Positions 48,270 to 59,138 are shown, numbered from the stretch's first letter. The stretch is 64,000 bases of DNA from Planctomycetota bacterium (GCA_965222115.1 CBDCTJ010000007.1:896001-960000); one strand, 5' to 3'. Notes: generated from the letters alone by a model not told the origin. A program made the numbers and translations.

Positions 48270-48994
48270 TGTCGCGCCACGAAACACCGCCATCGGGCGA
48301 CGCCGTACTCGAAGCGCGCGGGCTCGTTTTGCGCTACCTCGATGGTGAACGCGAAGTCCTGGCGGTGGACCACGTAGATCTCCGTGTTGCGCGTGGCGAG
48401 TTCGTAGGATTGGTCGGGCCTTCGGGGTCGGGCAAGTCGAGTCTCCTGTTTGTCATCGCGGGGCTGCGACCGCCGCATGAGGGCGAGGTCCGGTTGCTGG
48501 GCAATGTGATGCCTCCTTCGGCGGATGCGAGCGCGTCGTTTCGTCGGGGGCACATCGGCTTCCTCTTTCAGGAACCGTTTCTGATTCCCTATCTCACGGT
48601 GCGCGAGAATGCGCTGACACACCACGACAGCGCCGCCGCAGAACAACAGTTGAAGGCGTTGGCCGAGGCTACCGGCATGGACGCATTGCTCGACGAACGC
48701 CCGCACCGCCTGTCCGGCGGTGAACGGCAACGCGCAGGAATTTTGCGTGCCTTGGTCGGCCAACCCGACCTGATACTGGCTGACGAACCCACGGCATCGT
48801 TGGATCACGCGACCGGTCAAGCGGTTATGCAAGTGCTCCGCGACTCGCGCAAACACGCGGGCTTGGTGGTGGTCACGCACGACCCCTCGATGCTTGCGGG
48901 CGCAGATCGCGTGCTCGAAGTGCGCGACGGTCGTCTGCTACCCACCGAGAGCGGGCCATCCGACGATCGATTGCTCGAATCGCGGATGGAATGA
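48269..48994 (+). CDS. LolD/MacB-type ABC ATP-binding protein
   Basis: GPSGSGKS, LSGGERQR, ADEPT, VTHD. Confidence 0.93.
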   Translation: MSRHETPPSGDAVLEARGLVLRYLDGEREVLAVDHVDLRVARGEFVGLVGPSGSGKSSLLFVIAGLRPPHEGEVRLLGNVMPPSADASASFRRGHIGFLFQEPFLIPYLTVRENALTHHDSAAAEQQLKALAEATGMDALLDERPHRLSGGERQRAGILRALVGQPDLILADEPTASLDHATGQAVMQVLRDSRKHAGLVVVTHDPSMLAGADRVLEVRDGRLLPTESGPSDDRLLESRME

Positions 48995-49048
48995 GCAAGC
49001 GGATGGGATGCGTGGGCGCGACGTTGTCGGCGTTCTGGGAGAACGACC

Positions 49049-50596
49049 ATGCACACCTCTGCCAAGAAGCGGATTCAAATCTCGCGCGGTGCTATACGTC
49101 TCGCCATCGTTACTGGCGTACTTTGCCTGGCCACCTCTTCGCCGTTTGCAACGGCTGCCGACTACAGCGAAGTGCCCGATGTTCGCAATCGTCCCCGTGC
49201 CGTGGCCGAAGCACTCATTCGCGGGGCCGGATTGAAACTCGGCAAGATTTATGAGATGTCGTGGCGACGCGCGCGTGATCGCTATGCCGTTGAAGTCAAT
49301 GTAGGGTCCGTAATTCTCCAAAGTCCCTCGCCGTTCACCGCCAAGCGCAGTGCCAAGGGTCGTACGACAATCCGTCGGCGGGTATCGCAGGGCACCGCGG
49401 TTGACTTGCTGCTGTCCGCGGAAGCCGACGGACTGCTTCCCAAGGATCTGCCGCCACCCAGTAAGAAAGCGCGCGGCGAGATCTGGACCCAACGAAAGAA
49501 AGACGAAGCGCGTCGAAAGTCGTTTCGCTCCAAGGCGCGTCCAGCGCCCAAAGAAACGCGGGCCACCAAGCCTGAACCCACAGCCATTCGGAGCGCGCCC
49601 AAAATTCGCGTGACGTCACCGGGCACGCCGTGGCCCGAGTGGGTACCGCCGGAGCCAATGAAAGCCAAGCCGCTCGTCGCACCGCAGCCCGAACCTGTGG
49701 ATGAACTCGTTTCCGATGACCCCACGGTGCTCGAGTACGGTGACGATTCGGTTCTGGCGAGTGGTAGTCCGTGGGGTGAAGTGCTCGACGGTCCGGCAGA
49801 TTCCGAACGCGTACCCGACATTACCGGTATGAAGTTGACCCACGCCGAGCAACTGGCGCGCGACGCCAAGATGCAGCTCTATATCCTGCGTGTTCCCGGT
49901 CATCCGGTGGGCCATGTACTCAAACAGATTCCACCCGCGGGTGAACCCGTCTCGGAAGGACGCGTGATCAAGGTCTACATCACGGCCGGTGGCGATTATC
50001 AGGCCTACATTCCGAGTGCGCAGCGCGCCACGCTTCGTCAAGTCGAAGTACCCACCTTACTGGATCTCTATCCACCTAAGGCGAATCGCATATGCAAAGA
50101 CCTCGGGTTTCGTATGCAGCAAAAATCCGCCAAGCGTGGATTGCCCGGGCGCGTGGTGGATCAATACCCAGCCGTTGGGGAGCGCGTGCCTCCCGGATCC
50201 ATGATCACCGTGTATGTGGCGCCAGGAAGCAAATCGAACGGCTCTGTGGCGCGCACGCCGCGGGCGGCGGATGGAGAAAGCAGTGAGTCCGTTGCCCTCG
50301 CCTCGCCGTCCATCATCGGACCCGGGTCGGGTACTACCTTGCCCAAACAAACGTCGGTGGCTTTGGGTTTCTCGTGGCATCCCATCACGGGCGCCGACGC
50401 GTACGTCGTGGAGCTTGAAGAGCAAACCGATGGATCCACATGGCAACTCAATACGCGCAAGCTATCCAAAAAGTCGGCGGTTACGATCGAGTTTGATCGC
50501 ATGAGTGGACCTACGGCGTCGATTCGCTGGCGCGTGCGGGCCATTGCAGCTGGAACCGAAGGGCCCGCCTCGCCGTGGGTTCTGCTTACGCCGTAG
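49049..50596 (+). CDS. Secreted PASTA-domain protein with C-terminal FN3-like domain
   Basis: Three VP.....A / V..Q.P..G PASTA units; W.....A..Y, RWRVRA. Confidence 0.8.
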   Translation: MHTSAKKRIQISRGAIRLAIVTGVLCLATSSPFATAADYSEVPDVRNRPRAVAEALIRGAGLKLGKIYEMSWRRARDRYAVEVNVGSVILQSPSPFTAKRSAKGRTTIRRRVSQGTAVDLLLSAEADGLLPKDLPPPSKKARGEIWTQRKKDEARRKSFRSKARPAPKETRATKPEPTAIRSAPKIRVTSPGTPWPEWVPPEPMKAKPLVAPQPEPVDELVSDDPTVLEYGDDSVLASGSPWGEVLDGPADSERVPDITGMKLTHAEQLARDAKMQLYILRVPGHPVGHVLKQIPPAGEPVSEGRVIKVYITAGGDYQAYIPSAQRATLRQVEVPTLLDLYPPKANRICKDLGFRMQQKSAKRGLPGRVVDQYPAVGERVPPGSMITVYVAPGSKSNGSVARTPRAADGESSESVALASPSIIGPGSGTTLPKQTSVALGFSWHPITGADAYVVELEEQTDGSTWQLNTRKLSKKSAVTIEFDRMSGPTASIRWRVRAIAAGTEGPASPWVLLTP

Positions 50597-51335
50597 AGCG
50601 GTTGCTTGTCCGCGTACCGGGCGTCTTGCCCTTGTAGGGCGCGCCATTGCTCGTTGCTGCATTCGCGTGCGTCGCTTTGGCCTTCATGGCCGCGCGTCGC
50701 GAGTTGATCAGAGGCGGTGCATCGGATGTGGCGGCAACAATCTCTCCGGGCACGTTGCGCCACTCGTCATAGCAACGCATGCCTTCCATGGCCAGTTGCT
50801 CCGGTTCAATCGAGAACGTCGGATACGGGTGCATGTCGCATTCACCCTCGACGATGAGAAAGTGCGATCGACGGGCAAAGTAGAGCGCGGTCGAGACGTC
50901 CCAAATGCGACGTTCGAGGCCGTACGTCGAGAGTTCATCGGGAATGGTTGCGAGCACATGCTCGAGCCCGTTGTTCTCTTCAATGTCTACCAACTCGTCG
51001 GCGGCATCTTTCGCCATCAAACCCTCGCGCAAAAGCACGCGGCCCAAGCGTTCGAATAGCACGGTGCTCTGTGCCCCCGCAACGCGACCGTGCTGAAAGT
51101 AGAGCACGCGGTCTTCATCCTGGTCGGCCACAATGAGCGCGCCGGTGAGATCCTGCGCGCGAGCAAAGTTGAGGATGTCGGCGGTCTGTGTTCCCGCGAA
51201 GTAGCCCGATGCACACACGCGAAAGAGGCTGCTGTCGCCAAAAACGCGGACATGCTGGCCCACCGCGCTTTGCAAGTAGGGATGCAGGGATTCCGGCACA
51301 AGCCGGTCAAAAAGAATGGCGATTTCACTGCCCAT
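50586..51335 (-). CDS. DUF4388/PATAN-like protein
   Basis: AG......DIL, TG.L, LYF..G.V..A.S....ERLG..L. Confidence 0.65.
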   Translation of the reverse strand: MGSEIAILFDRLVPESLHPYLQSAVGQHVRVFGDSSLFRVCASGYFAGTQTADILNFARAQDLTGALIVADQDEDRVLYFQHGRVAGAQSTVLFERLGRVLLREGLMAKDAADELVDIEENNGLEHVLATIPDELSTYGLERRIWDVSTALYFARRSHFLIVEGECDMHPYPTFSIEPEQLAMEGMRCYDEWRNVPGEIVAATSDAPPLINSRRAAMKAKATHANAATSNGAPYKGKTPGTRTSNRSTA

Positions 51336-51552
51336 TATTCCCTCGACTTATCGACGTTCTCCTGGGGGGGTGTGAGTCCATTGATTGGCAACGGGTACGA
51401 TTGACCGGGGCGATTCGCTTCCCTTCGTTTGGGTCTTCTTAGGCTGACGCCGTCCCGGCCCGTCGTAGTGGGGGTTCGGCGCGAAAACTAGACGTCTACG
51501 CGTGGCCGGTCCTCCCGCGTCATCGCCCCTGTTCGGCAGTAGACTCCCGCCC

Positions 51553-52482
51553 ATGTCGGACAACGTTCAGCGCTTTTGCCGTCTTGGACAGGAACACCTC
51601 ACTCGCCACGAACCCGAAGAGGCGTTCGTTTGGTACGGGCGCGCGCTTTCGGAAGACCCCGACAGCGTGGAGGCACTCTGTGGTCGCGGGCAGGCGGCCT
51701 ACGATCTCGGTCGCCTTCAGCGCGCCGATCGGGACTTTCGCCGTGCGGTTCAGCTGGCACGTGCGCGTTGGGAGCAAGCGTCCGCGGCGCCTTCGGATAT
51801 GCCCGCGGCGTCCACCGATTACGTGCGCGCGCTCCATGGCTGGGGCATGGTGTTGTTCTGGACGCGCAAGTATGAAAAGGCGCAGCGCGTGCTTGAGCGT
51901 GTTCTCCAACTCACGCCCACCGATCCCAACGATGTTCGCTTTCTCATCGGTGAGTGTTGCCTACGCGGAAGCGACATCGATCGCGCCGTGGCCATCTGGC
52001 AAAGCGCGCCCGACGATCCCGATGCGCTCTACAACTTGGGCTTGGCCTACTTCTATCGTGGTGAGTTTGTGCGCTCGGTGTCGGCATTGCGGCAGGCCAT
52101 CTTCGGCAATTTGTTTACGGTTGCACGCATTGTGGATGCGCACGTGCTCTCCGATGTTCCAAGTACTGCGGGAACCCATTGTCGAACCGATTTGCAATGT
52201 GAACATGCGGCCGGGCATTACATGGACCGCTGCGGCGACCTGTGGAAGGGCCGTCCAATCCTTGTGCGTTGGTTGCGCGGCATCTACGAACACCCCACCG
52301 TGCAGGCAGAACTTAAGACGCATATCGCGCACATGCGTACCCTCGCCGACCCGGAACTCTCGCCGGGTGAACGTGCTCGACTCGAGGGCGAAAACACGGT
52401 CCTCCGCAGTGAAGTACGCCTCGCAGCGACCGATGGCGATGTGGCCCGCGATCTCTGCGAATCGCTGTTTCGTATCTCATAG
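51553..52482 (+). CDS. TPR-repeat protein
   Basis: Several TPR units (RAL..DP..VEAL..RG, DALYNLGLAY). Confidence 0.85.
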   Translation: MSDNVQRFCRLGQEHLTRHEPEEAFVWYGRALSEDPDSVEALCGRGQAAYDLGRLQRADRDFRRAVQLARARWEQASAAPSDMPAASTDYVRALHGWGMVLFWTRKYEKAQRVLERVLQLTPTDPNDVRFLIGECCLRGSDIDRAVAIWQSAPDDPDALYNLGLAYFYRGEFVRSVSALRQAIFGNLFTVARIVDAHVLSDVPSTAGTHCRTDLQCEHAAGHYMDRCGDLWKGRPILVRWLRGIYEHPTVQAELKTHIAHMRTLADPELSPGERARLEGENTVLRSEVRLAATDGDVARDLCESLFRIS

Positions 52483-52502
52483 CCCGGGATAGATCGTCTG
52501 GG

Positions 52503-53759
52503 CTACGAGTCTTTGGCGCGCATCCATTTGAAGATGTTTTTGAGGCTAGCAGGCTGGCCGTAGAGCAATACACCGGTTCGAAACACGCGCGCGGCCAATC
52601 GGAATGCAAAGTACGTGCAGATGGCCAATACGACGAGGCTGAGAACAATCTGCCAAGCCGGCGCGCTGGGCACGCTGGCGATGCGCATCATCATGACGAA
52701 CGGAATGAACGGTGGCGTGAAACTGAGTAGCGTGGCCAATGTGCCATGGGGGGATTGAAGAATGATCATCGAAAGGATCAACGGCATGGCCAGGAGCATG
52801 GAGATGGGTGCCATCAGATTCTGCGCCTCTTTCAGTGTGTTGCAGGCACTGCCAATGGCTACCATCAAACTCGCGATCATGAGGAAGCCGAGCAGGTAGT
52901 AGAGAAAGAACAGCCCCACCTGTTTGCCGGATACGAGGTCGCCCATACCGCTGGAAGCGGCAGCGATCCAACCACCGACCGACCACAAGAGGAGCAACGT
53001 AAACCCCACGGCGCAGATACCGATGATCTTACCGGCCATGAGTTGCCTCGCGCTCACGGAGGAGAGCAACACTTCGTAAATGCGGTTGGATTTCTCTTCC
53101 AATGTGCTGTTGAGCAGCATCTGTGAGATGCCCATGATGCCGATAAACAGCAGCATCATGAAAATGAATGGTGTCATCGTGTGGGCCTCGCCACCCGCGG
53201 CACCATCGGGCTTGAGACCCATGTAGCGCACCGTGCTGCGTTGCAACAAGGCGGCGGCTTCGGGGTCAATCTGTTTACTCAAGATGATCTGCTCGTTCAC
53301 CAACTGATCGACGATGTTTTGAAGCTCGCGACCGGTGGTGAGTCCCGCCATACTCGACGGGCCGAAGATCTCCGTGGGATGTTCACCCGCCTTAGGCTTG
53401 TCCTTTGTGAGCGCGGCGCGTGTGAGAATCACCGCGTGCAGATCGCCCTTCCCGGCATTCTCGCGCAGTTCTTGAAACGCTTCCGTCTCGTCAAATCCGC
53501 TCCAAAGCGTGTCCATGTCGATGCGTTCGATGTCGAAGCGCTCGCGCGTTTCCAGTTCCCGCTCAAGTGCGTCGCCCAATACGTCGGTCTCATCGGCGAT
53601 GACGACCACGCTGCGTTCGGCGTCGCGGTCTTTGATCAGGAGCGGAATGACAAAGATGAGGCCCATCCACAGCGGCGTAAGAATGACACCAATCAAGAAC
53701 GCCTTCGTGCGCACATTTTCCAAGTACTCGCGCTTGGCGACTGTGAGGATGCGACTCAT
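52503..53759 (-). CDS. ABC-2 type permease (NatB/YhaP-like)
   Basis: VAKREY...VRTK.F, EEKSNRI.EVLLSS, GKI.G. Confidence 0.92.
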   Translation of the reverse strand: MSRILTVAKREYLENVRTKAFLIGVILTPLWMGLIFVIPLLIKDRDAERSVVVIADETDVLGDALERELETRERFDIERIDMDTLWSGFDETEAFQELRENAGKGDLHAVILTRAALTKDKPKAGEHPTEIFGPSSMAGLTTGRELQNIVDQLVNEQIILSKQIDPEAAALLQRSTVRYMGLKPDGAAGGEAHTMTPFIFMMLLFIGIMGISQMLLNSTLEEKSNRIYEVLLSSVSARQLMAGKIIGICAVGFTLLLLWSVGGWIAAASSGMGDLVSGKQVGLFFLYYLLGFLMIASLMVAIGSACNTLKEAQNLMAPISMLLAMPLILSMIILQSPHGTLATLLSFTPPFIPFVMMMRIASVPSAPAWQIVLSLVVLAICTYFAFRLAARVFRTGVLLYGQPASLKNIFKWMRAKDS

Positions 53760-54670
53760 GACGTGCTCCCCGCCACACGCTTGAAGATCTCGTGCAGGCT
53801 GGGCTTGCGCAGATCAAAGCGTGTGAGTTTGGCGCGAACGATGAGTTCCTTGAGTAGCGCATCGGGATCGGCATCGGGCGCAATGAAGAGCTCCGCCTCA
53901 TTGCCGCGATCGTGGATCTCGGTCACGCCGGGCAAGTCGTCAAGCGTTTGGCCATCGCGCAGCCGATAGCCAATGAAGACCGCCTCGCGTCCCTCCGCAT
54001 CGCGAATCTCGTCGAGACTGCCCGAAAGATGAATCTGGCCTTGGTGAATCATCACCAAGTTTTCGCAGAGCTGCTCGGCCTGTTCCATGACATGGGTCGA
54101 GAAGACGACGGTGGTTCCCGCGCGCTTGAGTTCAAGCACCGCGTCGCGCAACACGTCCCGATTGACGGGATCCAGTCCGGCGAACGGCTCATCGAGCACC
54201 ACCAACTCGGGCTCATGGATGACTGTGAGAACGAACTGAAGTTTTTGCGACATGCCCTTGCTGAGTTCTTCGACTTTCTGGTCGCGCCATCCCTGCAGGC
54301 CCATGCGTTCAAGCCAGAAGTCGATGCGTGGTTCCAGCTCCTGCGACGTGCGTCCCTTGAGGCGCCCAAAGAACTGGAGCATCTCGTGGATGCGCATCTT
54401 CTTGTAGAGCCCGCGCTCTTCGGGCAAATAGCCGATGCGTGGTTTGAGCTTCTCGCTCACGGTAGAGCCCAAGACCTCCACCGTGCCGTCCGTGGGTTTG
54501 AAGATGTTCATCAGCATGCGGATGCTGGTCGTCTTGCCGGCACCGTTGGAACCCAAGATGCCGTATAGCGATCCGCGGGGCACTTCGTAGGACACGTTGT
54601 TGACCGCCGTGAAGTCGCCGAACTTCTTGGTGACGCCCTCAAAGCGCACGGCGGGGGATGCGTCACTCAT
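53756..54670 (-). CDS. ABC ATP-binding protein (NatA/YhaQ-like)
   Basis: GSNGAGKT, GYLPEERGLY, LSKGM.QK, LDEPF.GLDPVN. Confidence 0.93.
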   Translation of the reverse strand: MSDASPAVRFEGVTKKFGDFTAVNNVSYEVPRGSLYGILGSNGAGKTTSIRMLMNIFKPTDGTVEVLGSTVSEKLKPRIGYLPEERGLYKKMRIHEMLQFFGRLKGRTSQELEPRIDFWLERMGLQGWRDQKVEELSKGMSQKLQFVLTVIHEPELVVLDEPFAGLDPVNRDVLRDAVLELKRAGTTVVFSTHVMEQAEQLCENLVMIHQGQIHLSGSLDEIRDAEGREAVFIGYRLRDGQTLDDLPGVTEIHDRGNEAELFIAPDADPDALLKELIVRAKLTRFDLRKPSLHEIFKRVAGSTS

Positions 54671-54703
54671 GGCGCGCATGGTACTGGCAATTGCGGCGAC
54701 GAC

Positions 54704-55672
54704 TTATCGCTCTTTTCCGCCACCGCGTTTTGCTCGGGGCGTAGATCGCACCCGAATCTCGGAGCGCACCGTGGCGGCAACGCGCTGCGGATGTTGTTCG
54801 ACTTGCTTCGTTGTGATGGTGGCATCGACGGCTTGGGCCGTGCCATCGGACAGGCGAACGGCTGCCGTGGCGCCATAGTGAACGCCAATGGAGAAGGGAA
54901 TAGAGTGACCGTCCCGCGTGAAGGATCCCCCAATGTCCTGAAGGGCTTCAAGACGCAGATGAAGCAACGTGTCGCCGTCGATGGGTTCGACGCGCTCCAA
55001 GCGCGCGCGGCCTTGAAATGTGTCGTCGTGAATCTGTCCACCGAGTGTTGCCAAACGCGTACGGAGGGCGTCTAGCGATGGCGCCGCGACCACGCCCTTG
55101 AGCGGCCAACTCTCGCCTATGCGGAGGGGCCGTGCTGGGTGCCACGGTTGCGAGGCGCCAAGCCCCGCCAGGCATGGGCTCTGAAGTAGGGCGGCGAGGG
55201 ATGCGGCATGCGGGCCTTCGCTCAAGACGTCCGTAGGGCGGCGTGCCGGATCCACATTGAATGAAACAAACTGAATGGCGGCGTCGCGTTCCGCGTCCTT
55301 TGCTCTTTGAGTAATGGTGAGTGAAACGTCGCGGTCCGTACGACTCTCGTCACCCTTGATTAGCGGCACGACACCGGGTGGCGGCTGTTGCCACGACAAG
55401 GTTTCACCCACGGAGCGGCGCGCCACATCGGGCCCTTGACTCTGATCGTAGGACTCGCGCACGTCCATGGTCACGTCGTAGGTGCGCGCTGAGGCGCCAT
55501 CGGGCCGCGACACGTCGTAGGATTTCGAACCGGTTGCGGTGTTCTCAAGCGACCGCGTTTGAAGACCGTGTGAACCATCGATCGCTGTGTCGCCGCAACC
55601 TACCGTTCCCATGCCAACGGCGCACAACAGCGCCATCGTGGCAAGCGCGACTATGCGAAACGAGCGCGTCAC
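54704..55672 (-). CDS. Hypothetical lipoprotein
   Basis: GTG start overlapping upstream stop, signal peptide ending TVGC. Confidence 0.65.
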   Translation of the reverse strand: MTRSFRIVALATMALLCAVGMGTVGCGDTAIDGSHGLQTRSLENTATGSKSYDVSRPDGASARTYDVTMDVRESYDQSQGPDVARRSVGETLSWQQPPPGVVPLIKGDESRTDRDVSLTITQRAKDAERDAAIQFVSFNVDPARRPTDVLSEGPHAASLAALLQSPCLAGLGASQPWHPARPLRIGESWPLKGVVAAPSLDALRTRLATLGGQIHDDTFQGRARLERVEPIDGDTLLHLRLEALQDIGGSFTRDGHSIPFSIGVHYGATAAVRLSDGTAQAVDATITTKQVEQHPQRVAATVRSEIRVRSTPRAKRGGGKER

Positions 55673-56637
55673 GACGACGTTCCCTTCGGAAAGGCATGTG
55701 CATACACGCGCAACCAGTTTGCGCCCATAATGCCCGCAACGTCGTCTCGCGCATAGCCGCGGGCAAGCAGTGCGTCGCCAATCTTGCCAAGATGTGACAC
55801 GCACCCAATCTCCGTAGGCGTGTCCTTTGTGTCAAATCCACCATCCAAGTCGGAACCGATGCCAATGTGATTCACCCCGATGAGGCTGGCCATGTAGTCG
55901 ACATGGCGAACAACGTCATCGAGCGTCGCCTCCCCGTCGGTTACGAAGGGTCGATAGAGAACTATGCCGACCACACCGCCGCGATCCGCTACGAGTTTGA
56001 GCTGTTCATCGCTCAAGTTTCGCCGGTGATCGCATATGGCTTTGGCGTTGCTGTGACTTGCAATGACAAGCTCGTCATCCAGTGTTGCTACCGATTCAAA
56101 TGCTTCCGGCGTGAGATGGCTCATGTCGGGAATGACGTGTTGCGAGCGCATCGCGCGCAAGAGATCGCGTCCCATGTCGGTGAGTCCCGATCGATCGACA
56201 ACACCGCCGCAGTATTGATTCCCCGTGTTCCACGCCAGTCCGATGATGCGTACGCCACGGTCCACCCACCACGCGAGGTCGTCTGGAGAATCAATCGGAT
56301 CGGCACCTTCCATGAGATGTAGGAACGCGAGCGGGTGCCTATCCCCGATATAATTCAGATCGCGCTGCGAGACGACTCGTCGAAGGCGCGTGCCGTGGTG
56401 CTCAAGCAGCGCGTCGTAGGTGGCGAGTTGTTGGCGCGCAACGTGGGCAGCCTTGCGCCCCTGTTTATCGCTATGGACGGCAAAGACGGTCGCAGCGATG
56501 AGTGCGAGGCCACCCTGCTCGGCGCCGGGCAAGGACAGCGCCTGACCGGCGGGTGGTGTGGCCGCAAAGTCACGGGTCGGGTCATCCATCAGTGCCATGG
56601 CAATGTCTTGGTGGCCGTCCACGATCGTCCAAGACAT
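55669..56637 (-). CDS. Membrane dipeptidase (M19)
   Basis: VDGHQD, MEGAD, DMSH, ASHSN, RNL.D, GIGSD.DG. Confidence 0.92.
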   Translation of the reverse strand: MSWTIVDGHQDIAMALMDDPTRDFAATPPAGQALSLPGAEQGGLALIAATVFAVHSDKQGRKAAHVARQQLATYDALLEHHGTRLRRVVSQRDLNYIGDRHPLAFLHLMEGADPIDSPDDLAWWVDRGVRIIGLAWNTGNQYCGGVVDRSGLTDMGRDLLRAMRSQHVIPDMSHLTPEAFESVATLDDELVIASHSNAKAICDHRRNLSDEQLKLVADRGGVVGIVLYRPFVTDGEATLDDVVRHVDYMASLIGVNHIGIGSDLDGGFDTKDTPTEIGCVSHLGKIGDALLARGYARDDVAGIMGANWLRVYAHAFPKGTSS

Positions 56638-56719
56638 GGCGGGCTCTCCGTGTGAATACGCATACTATTCTGCGGGTTGCCCAGCGACGCCTCGCAACAA
56701 ACTTCTGGAACCGCCCGCC

Positions 56720-57397
56720 GTGAATCCCCATGCCACCGGACCAAAAACGACGCGTGCGACACGGTGGATGCAACCGATTGCGGACGAACCGCACTTCGGG
56801 CTCTATGTGTATGAAGATCCCGATGCGTTTCTTGGAGAGCGCGAAACGCGCGCACCCTATTTCGCGTCGCTTTGGCCGGCGGGCATTTCGCTCGCCGCCG
56901 AGATTTTCCTGGCGGAGCGCATTTCGACTTCGTGGGACGCGTTGCACGTACTGGATCTTGGATGTGGTCTTGGTGTGGCAGGGCTTGCCGCCGCGACGCG
57001 TCAGGCCGATGTGATGTTGGTGGACTACGAAGTCGAGTGTCTTGACATGGTGCGTGCCAGTGCAGCGCGACTAAACGTCGATGTTTCCGCTCAAGCGTTT
57101 GACTGGCGCCGCGTGTGTTCGTTGGCACCCATGAACGTAATTTTGGCCGCCGACGTACTCTATGACGTGGCGAATCACCCGTTCGTCGCACGCACGTTGA
57201 AGCAAGGATTGGCGAAGGACGGCAGGGCGTGGATCGCAGATCCCATGCGACCCCACGCACCCGAGTTTATTGCGCAGCTGCCGGAGTTTGGGTTGACCTG
57301 TCGTAAGCAGTGGCGCTCAACGATCGCAACGCACGACGTGCGCGTGAAAATGTACGAGGTAGAGCATGCGCCGGCCTCAGGCGAGTGTCCATCATGA
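56720..57397 (+). CDS. Class I SAM methyltransferase (family 16-like)
   Basis: PY...LWP, VLDLGCGLG, DW, AADVLY, ADP.R. Confidence 0.85.
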   Translation: MNPHATGPKTTRATRWMQPIADEPHFGLYVYEDPDAFLGERETRAPYFASLWPAGISLAAEIFLAERISTSWDALHVLDLGCGLGVAGLAAATRQADVMLVDYEVECLDMVRASAARLNVDVSAQAFDWRRVCSLAPMNVILAADVLYDVANHPFVARTLKQGLAKDGRAWIADPMRPHAPEFIAQLPEFGLTCRKQWRSTIATHDVRVKMYEVEHAPASGECPS

Positions 57398-58071
57398 GCG
57401 CACCCCATGAAACGCCACTCTTGATCGAACTCCCACCGCAAGCGCGCGCTGCAACTGCGTTTTCAGCCATCTTGGCCTCTGAGAACGTGCGCCACGTGTT
57501 CTATCCACCACTGTGGTGCATGGATCGCCACGGTGTGGACGTACCCCGAGCACTTCCCCATGCAAAGGCGATCGGTCCCGATACGCTTGAAGACGTCATT
57601 GAGCGCATCTGTTTGTTGTGCGATGAATCCGGCCTTGACGCACTCGTAACGCGACGTTGGAAGACGGTTCATGCCACCGTGCGCGACTATTACCTCAAGC
57701 GCGGGTTTCTTGCGTCGATGGGCGCGCTGCTCAAAGTCGGCAAGTCAACGGTGGACCAAACACCACCCCCCGCGTTTCGCGCAGAGTCGATTCATGATGC
57801 GTCGTTTTCGGTGGCCTATCGACTACGTAGGCACGGCGAGACGCACGACCCAACCATGCCCGCCGAGGAAGGCACGCTCACGCTCTATCCCTTTGATGTC
57901 AACAACTGCGAGGCGCGTACGGAACACGATCTCCCGGGCAGCGGTGCGCTCCTTGAGGCCTTTTGCTACGCGCGCGGACGCGAGCAGCACCGCGTTGCAC
58001 TCACGCGTATCGCACGTGAACACACCGGTTGGCGCGTGGTGGACCCGCTTGCGCGTGGCGAGGCAGGTTAG
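57394..58071 (+). CDS. Hypothetical protein
   Basis: ATGA overlap with upstream gene, fills the gap in an apparent operon. Confidence 0.65.
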   Translation: MSAPHETPLLIELPPQARAATAFSAILASENVRHVFYPPLWCMDRHGVDVPRALPHAKAIGPDTLEDVIERICLLCDESGLDALVTRRWKTVHATVRDYYLKRGFLASMGALLKVGKSTVDQTPPPAFRAESIHDASFSVAYRLRRHGETHDPTMPAEEGTLTLYPFDVNNCEARTEHDLPGSGALLEAFCYARGREQHRVALTRIAREHTGWRVVDPLARGEAG

Positions 58072-58080
58072 CGCACGGCT

Positions 58081-58785
58081 ATGAAACGCGTTTCCCTACT
58101 CCTTGTGGGCGATGAGATACTTCGCGGTGAGATTCGCGATGAAAACGGTCCCTATGCACTGCGCGCCTTCGCAATGGCAGGCATTTCCGTCGTTCGCGTA
58201 GCGATTGTGTCCGACAATGAAGACGAGATTGTGGAAGAGGTCACGCGTATGCGTGCCATCAGCGATGGCGTTGTCATTTCGGGCGGCGTTGGACCCACAC
58301 ACGACGACAAAACCCGCCAGGCACTTTCGCGCGCGCTGGGCCGCCCCCTGATCGTTCACGCCGAAGCCTTGCGTCGTATTGAGGGCTTCTTTGGTGATGA
58401 AACCACCGACGCCGAACGCACCATGGCCCACTTACCCGAAGGCACGGAGCTCTGGTTGGGGCCCATCACGGGCACCCTTGGCGGCGAAGTCGATGGCTGC
58501 TTCGCGTTTCCCGGTGTGCCCGCACTCTTTCGCGATCTTGTGGATGCTGTCGCTACGCGCTTTGCCGTAACACCCCCCGCATGCTGCGACGTGTACCTCG
58601 ATCGCCGCGAAGGCGAAGTCGCGGGCGTACTCACCGCGCTTCAAGCCAAGCACCCTGGCGTGAGTATCGGTTCGTATCCCGAATTTGACGGACACACATG
58701 GCGCCTGCGCGTGTCCATTCGCGCTCCGTTCGAGTCCAGCGCACAACAGGTGGCAGACGAGCTCCGAACTCTTATCGATGATTGA
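58081..58785 (+). CDS. CinA-like molybdopterin-binding domain protein
   Basis: GDEIL.G...D.N, SGGVGPTHDD.T, PGVP, IGSYP. Confidence 0.9.
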   Translation: MKRVSLLLVGDEILRGEIRDENGPYALRAFAMAGISVVRVAIVSDNEDEIVEEVTRMRAISDGVVISGGVGPTHDDKTRQALSRALGRPLIVHAEALRRIEGFFGDETTDAERTMAHLPEGTELWLGPITGTLGGEVDGCFAFPGVPALFRDLVDAVATRFAVTPPACCDVYLDRREGEVAGVLTALQAKHPGVSIGSYPEFDGHTWRLRVSIRAPFESSAQQVADELRTLIDD

Positions 58786-58898
58786 CCGGTATACATAGCC
58801 AAAGGGTCTTTCCTGAGATTGAACTCCGGTGAGGTGTGGCCAACTTGTGGCTCGTGCGTTATCAACGTATGGACAGACTCAGGCAAAGCAGTTCACGA

Positions 58899-59039
58899 TT
58901 CGGTGTCACACCTGAAACGGCCTGGCTGCTCGCGCAGGCGTTTCGAACCTCTCCCGAGTTCTGGATAAATCTGCAAACTGCGCACGATCTCGCACGTACA
59001 CGTCCGCGTCGCAAGGTGAAGGCGATTCGACTGGCGTAG
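58899..59039 (+). pseudogene. HigA-family antitoxin C-terminal remnant
   Basis: GVTPETAWLLAQAF.TSPEFW.NLQ..HDL; N-terminal HPGE/HTH part and toxin gene absent. Confidence 0.7.
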
Positions 59040-59138
59040 CTAGCAGGCAGAAAGCAATGCTTCGCAGTCTGGCATCGCTTTTCATGACCCCGCAAACTTA
59101 CACCCGGCACTTTCTTGCGAGATTCGAGTCTGGGGATG

